Assembly (NCBI GenBank): GCA_964016885.1
Contig: OZ024742.1
Span: forward strand, 16,616,001 to 16,680,000
Origin: Eledone cirrhosa
Lineage: Eukaryota
Direction: 5' to 3'
Length of the DNA stretch: 64,000 nt
Made by a program: the position numbers and the translations under genes. This document shows positions 1 through 10,708 of this stretch, piece after piece (positions within the stretch are counted from its first letter, which is position 1; the number at the start of each line of letters is the position of its first letter). Below the pieces are notes generated by a model, which was not told the DNA's origin, did no database searches, and was given only the letters and a program-made list of their open reading frames with translations.

Positions 1-430
1 TCTTTTACAATGGAATTAGCTCGAAGGAGGAAAATACCCCCTGAACAGTGTATAAATTAATATGTATGTGATGAAACACAGATACCAACACATCTGTATA
101 TATATTGCAAAAGAAAACTTTAGCCAGATTGAAGTATACTAATTATTATACTACAGTTTGTCCATATCGATTTAAAATAATAAATCAACGAAGACGAACT
201 GTATTGCCAAGAGGCTGTGATGTTTAGACACATTTAAATTTCAAAATCAAACCTGTTCCGTAGATAAGGACAAACTGTAGTATAATAATTAGTATACTTC
301 AATCTGGCTAAATTTTTCTTTTGCAATATATATACAGATGTGTTGGTATCTGTGTTTCATCACATACATATTAATTTATACACTGCTCAGGGGGTATTTT
401 CCTCCTTCGAGCTAATTCCATTGTAAAAGA
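1..430. repeat. Long inverted repeat (arms 1-163 and 268-430, 104-bp spacer); probable PLE-type inverted terminal fragment, left arm cut by the window edge
   Basis: 1-163 is the near-perfect reverse complement of 268-430 (2 mismatches seen). It is followed by a short extension and (TA)n at ~447-477, the same layout as the PLE palindromes at 6325-7778 and 14562-14992. Confidence 0.8.
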
Positions 431-443
431 ATTCATTACCTTA

Positions 444-479
<36 letters not shown>

Positions 480-841
480 TGGAAGCTTAGCAAAATCTAA
501 GCTTTGGCTGCGGCCAAGCAAAGCGACCTACAATTAGGAATGAGTAGCAAAGCACTCAATAAGGTAGAGCCTTAGACTAATAACATACGTTTAGCCAGCT
601 TGACAAATTGAAAATTGCGACAGGCAAACCCAGCCATACAATACCAAAACAACGAAAAAACTAATCAGGTTAGACAACAGACCTGGAAAAATCGAACGAT
701 ATTCTGCAATACGTATGATATATTTCTATTAATCCGAAATCATCAATCCAACTTGCGTAATATGTAAGCTTGTGGTATTTTATGATCGAACAGGGGATTC
801 ACATCATCGACAGGTATTTCGTTCTATGCCTCAAGTCGGTT

Positions 842-868
842 CCCCCCCTCTCTCTCTCTCTCTCACAT

Positions 869-899
<31 letters not shown>
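842..899. repeat. Compound (CT)n(CA)n(TA)n microsatellite
   Basis: Read directly; supplies the TA target of the Tc1 element. Confidence 0.9.
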
Positions 900-2143
900 C
901 AGGGGTTGGACAAAATAATGGAAACACCTAGCCTCATAGCATCATAATTTTGCAATATCTATAAAACCGTTAAAAGCTTGTTTATTTTTATGTTTTTTTA
1001 TTTATTATTAGTGTTGTTTAATATGTCTTGTTAAAATTGCTGTTTCTTTTCAGATATCATCAGAAAAAGGCAATTAAAATTCATTAAAATGACAGATGTA
1101 TTGGACTTTCAAAGAGGTCAAATTGTTGGTGATCGTATGGCAGGCGCTGGCGTAACGAAAACAGCAAAAATGTTTGGTGTATCAAGAAGTACTGTCTCGA
1201 AAGTAATGGCAGCCTTTGAGAAAGAGGGAAAAACCTCCTCGTCGAAACAAAACTTCGGAAGAAAACCAAAACTTTCAGATAGGGACAGTCGGACTCTTAC
1301 GCGAATTGTTAGAAAGGATCACAAAAGTACAGCTCCCAAAATTACTGCAGAGCTTAATGACCACCCCGACAACCCAGTTTCCACAAAAACTGTTCGCCGG
1401 GAGCTGCACAAAGCCGGATTTCACGGGAGGGCTGCAATCAGAAAACACTACTTTCAAAAACAAACGTTACAAAGCGTTTAAAGTGGAGAAAAGAACCTAC
1501 AGAATTGGTCCCTAGAGCAGTGGAAGAATGTTATTTTCTCGGACGAGTCATCCGTTACCTTATTTCCGACCACCGGCCGAGTATAAGTGTGGAGACAGCC
1601 AAAAGAAGCATTTGACACAGACTGCCTTCTTCCAACTGTTAAACATGGAGGAGGATCTGTGATGATCTGGGGGTCTATATCTTGGAAATCCACCGGCCCA
1701 ATGGTTTCCCTTCATGGCAGAATTAATAGTCAAGACTATTTAAGCATTTTATCTTATCAAATTCATCCTATGGTTGCGGAACTGTTTCTGGGGGAAAACG
1801 CAATCTTTTAGGATGATAATGCACCAATTCACACAGCTAAAGTTGTTACTGAATGGCACGAGGAACATCCCCAGATCTCAATATTGAACATTTATGGTGC
1901 ATTTTAGAAAAACAAGTAAGGCGTCGATATCCTTCACCATTATCACTACAAGAACTGGAGACTGTTTTAGCTGAAGAATGGACAAACATTCCTTGAAAAA
2001 ATTCATTGAAACAATTCAAAACTTGTACGAGTCCATACATCGTAGAATTCAAGCTGTAATTACTGCCAAAGGCGGTCCTACCCCATATTAAAATAAATTT
2101 GTTTGAAATTTTAAGGTGTTTCCATTATTTTGTCCAATCCCTG
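900..2143 (+). mobile_element. Tc1/mariner DNA transposon, full extent, defective
   Basis: 30-bp TIRs CAGGGGTTGGACAAAATAATGGAAACACCT (900-929) and AGGTGTTTCCATTATTTTGTCCAATCCCTG (2114-2143), TA on both sides, transposase remnants inside. Confidence 0.95.
1089..2090 (+). pseudogene. Tc1-family DDE transposase pseudogene
   Basis: N-terminal HTH with GRKPKLS, VIFSDES (~1530-1550), TVKHGGGSVMIWG, and F*DDNAPIH with an in-frame stop at 1809-1811. Frameshifts near 1450 and 1880 and a deletion before the SPDLN-like motif. Confidence 0.92.
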
Positions 2144-2259
2144 TATATATATATGTGTGTGTGTGTGTTTGTCAGTTAGCTTTCTACTTACATTTGTCTC
2201 ACAACGGAGTTTACTGTTTACTCACATCAGATTTCCTTTCAGATTTCATCTTAACTGTT

Positions 2260-2380
2260 CCTCCTCTCTCCCCCTTCCCCCTCTCTCCCCTTCCCCCTCT
2301 CTCCACACCCCCTCTCACCTCTCCCCCTCTCCTTCACCCCTCTCTCTTCATTTATCGATCTGTTTCTCTCGCTCTCTCTC
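2260..2380. repeat. Pyrimidine-rich (CT/CCT) low-complexity tract
   Basis: Read directly. Confidence 0.8.
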
Positions 2381-3167
2381 TAACTCATTATCTCAATACT
2401 TCACCTCTTTTATCTCCCAGGCAGCCATTGAATAACATTTTGTTACTTTCCCTCTCTATCTGTCACCTTCTTTTCACCCTTTATTTTTGTAAAGTAGATT
2501 TATTCGGAAGCATTTTCTGATAAAATGACAAAAACAGCCCTTCCTCTAAAAAATATATAGCATCTATTTCAGTTTCGTATTCCCTGATTTAATTGACAAA
2601 CAAATTCAATAAATTTATTTATTCAAAGTCATTGTAGACGAGGACCATATCACACTTCATCATATTTCTCTACAAAGATATGTATCCCCCATTAAACTAT
2701 ATACATTTCACCAAGCGCTGCCTCAAGTGTCGTCTTCATTTATATAATATAAATATTTAGTTTTTCTTTTGCTCAGTTTTATATCTCTTCTAAACTTTAG
2801 AGTTATTTGTTTTATTTATAAAATAAAGATGAAATGAATAGTACCATTCCTTCTATGTTAACTTTTGTTATAGTATTGTGCATCCAACCAGTATATAGTG
2901 ACACAAAGTGGCAAACATGTTAGAGCCTGGGACACAATGCCTTCCGATAATCCTTCCATGACCAACTTTGTCTTTCGTCCTTCTAGAATGAATAAAAAGA
3001 AAGTACCACTCTCTGTGGAATCCCTGGAACCCCGGACATGAGGCATGCTGGTACTTGTTTCATTCTTTTTTTGTTCTGAGTTAAAATATTGGTATAGCTC
3101 GTTTAGTTGGTAGACAAAATCTATAATTAAGTTTAACACCACTGCCAGGCCTTTGACTACTTAGCAG

Positions 3168-3468
3168 CAGGGTTGGATTTAGACCTTAGGGGGCCTGGGG
3201 CACTTGAGATTTGGGGCTCATTCACAAAAAATTAGAATACACAGCAAACCCTCAATTTTACATATCAAAGTTAGCTTGGCCCAAGTAATTGAAATTGAAA
3301 AGTTATACATACAGGTATTATGAAACAATTCTAACCATCCTAGAATTAAAAAGCCCAGCTGAGGAAACAAATAAATTGCTACGGCCGTCGCTAGTGGCCC
3401 CCCTCATACAGCTGGGGGCCCGAGGCTCGGGGCTGTTGCCCTATTTGCCCTCATTAAATCCGGTCCAG
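3168..3468. mobile_element. Non-autonomous DNA transposon (MITE), probably hAT-like
   Basis: Imperfect TIRs CAGGGTTGGATTTA ... TAAATCCGGTCCAG, GC-rich subterminal GGGGCC motifs, and a decayed candidate 8-bp TSD CTTAGCAG / TCTAACAG (5 of 8 match). Confidence 0.55.
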
Positions 3469-3931
3469 TCTAACAGAGACTATTAAACTGCCAACATTTC
3501 GGCTACCCACATCACACAAATGTACACAACCACAATCCACCCATCCATCTCTACATACGTGTAAATATAAGTAGTAGTGTCTTTGTACGAATTATGTTGT
3601 AAGCAGTAATGTTACGAGCCAAGTAAAACAACAAGCCAATACTTTTGATAGAGCAAGTATTTAATAAATATTGTTAGCGATCCAGATTATTAAATTGCCT
3701 TATTTAGAGTTTCGTGTGCCTGTCCTTCAACAAATCTCAGACGAGGACACTTGGAGAAACATTTAACTTTGGCAGATGACATCACCAGCGTGTATAATTA
3801 TATTTTATACAGAAATATACAGAAGTATAATTTCTTATTGAATGCCCAATACTGTAGAAGTATCCTTCCGGTAAAACAAATATCTGTTTAGGCTTCGATT
3901 CGTCTTTGAAATTCTCTTTGGTTTTATATAA

Positions 3932-4140
3932 TGGTTTCTTATATAGGCACAAGACTAGGATTTTGGGGGAGGGGAATGTCGATTAAATCGACCACAGTAC
4001 ATTACTGGTATTTTATTTTATCGACCCCGTAAGGATGAAAGGCAAAGTTAACCTCGGCGGGATTTGAACTCAGATCATAAAGGGCTATGCTGCAAAGCAT
4101 GGCGTCCGACCCTCTACCGATACTGTCAATCCATTGCCCT
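3932..4140 (-). mobile_element. tRNA-derived SINE (octopus-type)
   Basis: Minus strand has an A-box-like TGACAGTATCGG, B-box GAGTTCAAATCC and the body CTTTGCCTTTCATCCTTACGGGGTCGATAAAATAAAATACCAG. Homologous to three other copies in the window. Confidence 0.85.
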
Positions 4141-5029
4141 TTTGGTTTTTATATAATAAAAGGTAGTCCACAACTTAAATGATGTTGTCTAAACAAACCT
4201 TACCAACTCCTTTCCGCCCACTGTCTTTATCCGTAACAAAGTCAACAGCTGCATTAAGTCCAATATTGTAACTGGGAACATTAACTTGTAAAATGCATAT
4301 CGTTCTAAAACTCCCCCAACATGATAAAGATGTGTAGCTTGATGTGTCAGATTCAAACGATTGTTCAGTCTATATTTGATTTTCCTATAACATGCCGAAT
4401 GAAAATTGCTTCTTTTAAAAAATGTAGCATGCTATCATCTGAGAATATTCGCGTTCATTATTTATTCTTTGTGAAGAATGAATTCAAATTACATCTGCAA
4501 ACGTGGGCACAAAACAAACAAAACAAAACATCAATGAATTAAAAACCAAAGTAAATATTGTTGGTGATCGGAATTCCACAATCCTGACAGAAGCTCAATT
4601 TTCTATTGTCACAGGTTTTTCTGTTATCTAGGCCGTGACAATGTAGGTAGGACACATCACACAAACTAGTTTATTTGGAATTGTTTAGTCAGTGATAACA
4701 ATAAAATGTTATTTTTAAAGCTTTTACTGAAACAGTTCAGTTTTATTCTGATGAGGCTTGGACAATACCTGAAACACTAACAGAAGAGATAAACGTTTGA
4801 TATTGCTAAACATTGCCTATACACTGGTTATATAATTTGTACAAAAGTATGAGTATTATAGAATCAGAAACTCCACCTTACTCATAAACATGCTCTTTGT
4901 GCCAAATGTATACAAAATTATCAATATTTTCTTGATAGGATTCGTAAAGTTTTGGCCTTTCCTAGGTAGGTATTGATGATATTTTTTGCTTATTTAAATG
5001 CAAGGATTGATGAAAATGTCTTGTAAGCC

Positions 5030-5201
5030 ACTGAAAAGATATCACCCATCAGTATCATATATACATATTTACGACTGAAAAGATATCACACATCAGTATC
5101 ATAAATACATGTTTACGACTGAAAAGATATCACACATCAGTATCATAAATACATGTTTACGACTGAAAAGATATCACACATCAGTATCATAAATACATAT
5201 T
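5030..5201. repeat. 44-bp tandem repeat, about 4 copies
   Basis: CTGAAAAGATATCACACATCAGTATCATAAATACATGTTTACGA starts at 5031, 5075, 5119 and 5163. Confidence 0.92.
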
Positions 5202-5726
5202 TTAATAGAAGCTATTAATTCTGCATCAATAGTATGTTCACTGACACTCCATTTATCATAACCTCATTGTTTTGTATATCTATGATAATAATGTAAAATA
5301 TGTGCTTCATCTTTTTTAAAAATAGGGGTTGCAGATTAAGGGAGACTTAGCAGCAATTTTTAGCAGATTGAGCATTTGCCTAGAGATTCCCTCCTTAGCT
5401 TGGGTTGTTAATGATAGCTACTAAGATATTTATTTGAATGGAAGCTATGACTGCCTATCTGCACGTCATTGATATGTGATAAAGCTTAAACTATGATGAG
5501 TTACCTTAGTTTGGTTACATTGTAATAACTAGAAGAGATGAACACAATACTGGGGTTAATGATAAACGAGGTTCATGAATAATACATTAAAGAAGAACGA
5601 TAGGTATCAGAAACGGTAAAACTGTGGATTATAAGATTTCCAGGGTAGAAAATATACATACTAACTAGTTAAAGCAAATATACATTCACAGAAATATGTG
5701 TAGCTATTTTAGAAGTAATGATTAAA

Positions 5727-5914
5727 GGGAGGTGGATTGGCAGAATCGGTAGAGTGCCGGACAACATACTTTACAGTATAGTGTTACGCCAAGGTTAGCT
5801 TTGCCTTTCATCCTTACAGAGTCGATAAAATAAAGTACCAGTAATGTACTGGGGCGATTTAATCAACTTTCCACTCCCCCTAATTGATGGCCTTGCGCTT
5901 AAATCAGAAACCAT
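5727..5914 (+). mobile_element. tRNA-derived SINE copy with an internal deletion over the B box
   Basis: A box TGGCAGAATCGG at ~5738, body CTTTGCCTTTCATCCTTACAGAGTCGATAAAATAAAGTACCAG, same 3' end as the 3932-4140 copy. Confidence 0.8.
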
Positions 5915-5924
5915 CATTAAAGAG

Positions 5925-6044
5925 CAGGGGATAGGCAGTATCGGTAGAGCGTTGGGCAACATTCTTTTCAGCATGGAGTTACGGCCCTTTACGTTATGAG
6001 TTCAAATCCTACCGAGGGTAACTTTGGCTTTGATCCTTACGGAT
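5925..6044 (+). mobile_element. tRNA-derived SINE copy, 3'-truncated
   Basis: AGGCAGTATCGGTAGAGC A-box region, B box GAGTTCAAATCC at 5998-6009; ends in microsatellite. Confidence 0.78.
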
Positions 6045-6111
6045 GTGCGTGTGTATAAATTTGTAGAGCATATATATGTATACATAAATATATATATGTA
6101 TATGAATATAA

Positions 6112-6293
6112 TTGTTTCTACGTTAGGCACAAGGCCAGCAATTACCCAGTGCATTACTGGTACTTTATTTTATCGACCTCGTAAGGATGAAAGCAAAGTT
6201 AACCTTGGCGGGATTTGAACTCAGAATGGCATAGCCGTAACTCTATACGTCAAAGCATGGCGCCCGACCCTCTACCAATACTGCCAATCCACC
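6112..6293 (-). mobile_element. tRNA-derived SINE copy
   Basis: Colinear with 3932-4140 (GGCACAAGG...TTACTGGTAC...GGATTTGAACTCAG...CCCTCTACC). Confidence 0.85.
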
Positions 6294-6777
6294 ATATGAA
6301 TATAATGTATATATATATATATATATATTTATAAGTCGTTTGGAAGCCTCGACAATGCAAATGGGTAAATCTCCGAGTAACAAGGTCCGGTGGTGGAGAG
6401 AGAGATATGTAAGTGGGTGTACGTTGAGATGCGTGGTGTGTATAAGATGTGTGAGATGTGTAGAATGAAGGGAAGAGTAAACGAATAAAAATAATAATAA
6501 CAACACAAGAGAGAGAGTTACCTTGGGAGAGATTTAATAGTCCCTATATATTTCGGATTCACATCCATCAACTGGGGTTTTTTCCGGGGTGGGGGAAAAG
6601 GTTGTCTGTCGGACAACTCGGAACGCGTCTTTCGCTGTTTGTTGATTTGAATATCTGAGGTATTCGGCCGAGCGCGCGTGCGCGTGAAATGGGGTCGGTC
6701 GTACAGAGATCAGCGGCCGAATGAGGGAGTGGGATGGCGCTAGCTGTCAGTCCATTCCCTGCCTGTTTGTTAAATGT

Positions 6778-6976
6778 TACTGTGTGTGTGTGTGCGTGTG
6801 TTGTTGTCTCGCTTGAGTGTGTGTGTGTGTGTGTGTGTGTGCGTGTGATGTTGCCTTGTTCATCTGTATTGGCAGTGTAGTATGTTCGTATGGTGGAATG
6901 CTACTGTGTGTGTGTGTGCGTGTGTGTGTGTAGTTGTCTCGTTTGCGTGTGTGTGTGTGTGCGTGTGTTGTGTGTT
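6778..6976. repeat. Interrupted (GT)n microsatellite in the PLE 3' UTR
   Basis: Read directly; internal duplication of TACTGTGTG...GTTGTCTCG. Confidence 0.85.
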
Positions 6977-6994
6977 GTTGCATTGCTTGTTAAA

Positions 6995-7422
6995 TTAAAC
7001 CAGCCATTTCATTTCGCTTCTCTCTAATCGGTTGTTTATTTGCGGTTGCAGTTGTTTGATAAGAAGCGTTTCCTTAATACGTAACGTGCCGACGTTTCTT
7101 TCAGTCGCTAGAATTGTGACAATGGGCCTTCCGTCTTTGTTTCCGCATTTGTCTATGTGTTTCCGGAAAGACGAGGGCCTGGTTTTAATGTGTTCCTTGA
7201 TCCGGATGTGCAAAGGTCGAATTGTGCTACCTATGTAGTATTGGTTGCACCTGTCACATTCTATCTTATACACGACGAATTTGCGTAGGCAACAGTTAGC
7301 ATGGCGTATCGGGCAGTCTCTGAGGGAGCATGCGTCAGTAGATTTTTCGGGTTTTCTGGAGAGGCATCTTCGCAGGGAGGGGCCCGAGTGGGCCAGGTGG
7401 ATGTCGAGGCCCTCCCTCCGAA
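6995..7422 (-). pseudogene. C-terminal GIY-YIG endonuclease domain of a PLE ORF (RT lost by 5' truncation)
   Basis: VVYKIECDRCNQYYIGSTIRPLHIRIKEH...H...E...QPQINNRLE: GIY-YIG motif, catalytic R/E/N and the CCHH residues typical of PLE endonucleases. The ORF-track start at 7468 runs into the inverted arm and is not native. Confidence 0.88.
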
Positions 7423-7775
7423 CGAAAGACGCGTTCCGAGTTGTCCGACAGACAACCTTTTCCCCCACCCCGGAAAAAACCCCAGTTGATGGATGTGAAT
7501 CAGAAATATATAGGGACTATTAAATCTCTCCCAAGGTAACTCACTCTCTCGTGTTGTTATTATTATTTTTATTCTTTTACTCTTCCCTTCATTCTACACA
7601 TCTCACACATCTTATACACACCACGCATCTCAACGTACACCCACTTACATATCTCTCTCTCCACCACCGGAACTTGTTACCCGGAAATTTACCCATTTGA
7701 ATTGTCGAAGCTTCCAAACGACTTATAAATATTTACTTATTGTTCCACAATGCTTCAAGCAAACTTCAATACTCT

Positions 7776-7778
<3 letters not shown>

Positions 7779-7827
<49 letters not shown>

Positions 7828-7846
7828 TATATATATATATATATAT
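7779..7846. repeat. (TA)n microsatellite separating two PLE insertions
   Basis: Read directly. Confidence 0.95.
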
Positions 7847-7849
7847 GTG

Positions 7850-8745
7850 TGTAGATAAATCTACCAAAATGCACGGTAGTGTCCAATCTGTATGAAGAAC
7901 TCAATGTAATCCGAATGTCATGAAAAGAGAAGATGTATTCAAACATTTTTTTTCCGATGAAAAATACAGGAAAACAGAGTCAAGATAAATTAATAAAAAT
8001 AATGAATAAAAACAAAGAAACAGTTCCTTATATTAAAAAATTCATCATTTTACGATCGTTTCTAGGATATATATGTTTGTGTTGGTATGTATATCATATA
8101 GATCTATGTAAAATTTGTACAAACTATCAGAGGGAATATACATACCTACACATATATATGCTGTCTTCAGAAATAATGATATTTGTTTATTGAAAAAAAA
8201 AAACAAATATTTAATATAATAGGTCTGTTTGGGAACAGGTTTTGAATTGACCAATAGAAAAGTAGTGAGTGGCAAGATGGTAGAATAGTAGTAATAGAAC
8301 TTTAATTTAGGGGTAGAGGAAGGCAGATTTCAGTTTTGAATGGAAAGAGTATGATGAATGAAAAGATTATTTTAGGGATGAAAATAGGTCAAGTCGGTAA
8401 AAGGTACACGAAGAATTGATGTTATAAAAGAATAATGCTAATGTAAATATCTAAGGAGAATAAAATTTTACGATAAATGTGTTAGTGAAAAATATCAATC
8501 TTATTCAAAATATAGGGAATTTACATCTATAAAAAGAAAATAAATAAATTAAATTGATAGGTATATTTATATTGATAAATTTATATTAATTCATATAGAT
8601 ATGATAAATGAGAGTTAGATGTAATTGAAGAGTTCTATTAAAAACGAAGGGAAAATAAAAAATAATAATAATAATAATTATGGGGGGGGGGGTAAATTTA
8701 TTAGTGAGAAATAACAAATTTATATAGATTATAAGGAACATAGAA
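7850..8745 (-). mobile_element. Inverted copy of the 3' UTR of the large PLE
   Basis: Reverse complement of ~9695-10592, and of 13452-14218 over the shared part. Confidence 0.92.
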
Positions 8746-10629
8746 ACCGTAATAGACGAGTTACTTGGTATAATGCTCCATTTAATCTACAAATTAAAGA
8801 TAATATACCTAAACAATTTTTTACTATCCTAGAGAAAAACTTCCCGCCAAACCACAATTACCATCAAATTTTAAATAGATCAACGATTAAATTCTCCTAC
8901 TCAACAACCAAAAATATACAACACAATATAAGTGCCTATAATGCATATAAATGTGAAAAACCCATGAATATACCACCATAAAACTAACCATAATACTAAA
9001 ATAAACCACAGCAAACCACCAGCTCATTCACATACAACAAGTCGTAAAATTTCCACACCTAATTTGACTATCTCCTCAGATACAGCATTCACGAAAGGTT
9101 GTAACTGTAAAAACAAAGCAAATTGCCCATTAAAAGGAAATTGCCTTATTAATAACATAGTATATAAATGTAAAGTTAACACTAAGGACTCAACTTATTC
9201 ATATATAGGAGCTACTTCTAACCAATTTAAAGTAAGATTTAATACCCACAAACACAGTTTTAAAAATGCCGCATTAGCTAATACAACATCTTTAGCTGAA
9301 ATAATTAATAATTATAGAAAGAGGAATATAGATTATAACCTGACCTGGAGTGTGCTCAAAAGGGCCAGCCCTTATCAAAATAATAGATATGAATGTAAAT
9401 TATGTTCCCAGGAACTTTTTGAAATAATGAAATCTAAGGATATTCTATTAAATAAACGACAGGAATTAATTTATATCATGTAATCATAAACTGAGAAGAA
9501 CTTTTAAATATTATAAACCTAATTAATATACACTTTAGAAATTATTATAATAACACTTTTTTTAAAATTAGTTAACCTATAATTAATATTCTACTACTAA
9601 TGAACTGCATAATTTTATTTCCCTTTTACAGCTATCTTTTCCTAAAATTTATACCAATAAGTTACATATAAACTATTTTAATTTCAGGTTATGATTCTAT
9701 GTTCCTTATAATCTATATAAATTTGTTATTTCTCACTAATAAATTTACCCGCCTCCCATAATTATTATTATTATTATTATTTTTATTTTCCCTTCGTTTT
9801 TAACAACACTCTTCAATTACATCTAACTCTCATTTATCATATCTATATGAATTAATATAAATTTATCAATATAAATATACCTATCAATTTAATTAATTTA
9901 TTTTCTTTTTATAGATGTAAATTCCCTATATTTTGAATAAGATTGATATTTTTCACTAACACATTTATCGTAAAATTTTATTCACCTTAGATATTTAGAT
10001 TAGCATTATTCTTTTATAACATCAATTCTTCGTGTACCTTTTACCGACTTGACCTATTTTCATCCCTAAAATAATCTTTTCATTCATCATACTCTTTCCA
10101 TTCAAAACTGAAATCTGCCTTCCTCTACCCCTAAATTAAAGTTCTATTACTACTATTCTACCATCTTGACCACTCACTACTTTTCTATTGGTCAATTCAA
10201 AACCTGTTCCCAAACAGACCTATTATATTAAATCTTTGTTGGTTTTTTTCAATAAACAAATATCATTATTTCTGAAGACAGCATATATATGTGTAGGTAT
10301 GTATATTCCCTTTGATAGTTTGTACAAATTTTACATAGATCTATATGATATACATACCAACACAAACATATATATCCTAGAAACGATCGTAAAATGATTA
10401 ATTTTTTAATATAAGGAACTGTTTCTTTGTTTTTATTCATTATTTTTATTAATTTATCTTGACTCTGTTTTCCTGTATTTTTCATCGGAAAAAAAATGTT
10501 TGAATACATCTTCTCTTTTCATGATATTCGGATTACATTGAGTTCTTCATACGGATTGGACACTACCGTACATTTTGGTAGATTTATCTACATACTTTGC
10601 TCCTAATTTTATAAGGGTAATCTTATTTT

Positions 10630-10631
<2 letters not shown>
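8737..10631 (+). mobile_element. 5'-truncated direct copy (upstream pseudo-LTR) of the large PLE: GIY-YIG region plus the longest 3' UTR
   Basis: Near-identical to 12491-14218, with small indels near 8980 and 9471. Extends ~175 bp further 3' than the full-length copy. ORF 9064-9483 repeats the endonuclease domain. Confidence 0.92.

Positions 10632-10707
<76 letters not shown>
10632..10707. repeat. (TA)n between tandem PLE units
   Basis: Read directly. Confidence 0.95.

Positions 10708-10708
<1 letters not shown>

Larger units (their letters stand above)
6325..7778 (-). mobile_element. 5'-truncated Penelope-like retroelement with an inverted copy of its 3' end (pseudo-LTR)
   Basis: 310-bp inverted arms at 6325-6634 and 7423-7732, a GIY-YIG ORF between them on the minus strand, a ~46-bp extension on the right arm, and (TA)n on both flanks. 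Confidence 0.88.

Noticed and set aside
2694-2742. Minus-strand hammerhead-like string ATGAAGA...GAAATGTATATA
   Set aside because: Core C is missing and stems I and II do not pair convincingly.
5925-6015. tRNA gene
   Set aside because: A and B boxes are present but there is no cloverleaf, and the sequence continues into the SINE body.
2116-6506. Short ORFs in the intergenic, SINE and MITE region as host exons
   Set aside because: Low complexity or overlapping repeats, no recognisable domain, and no supportable splice structure.
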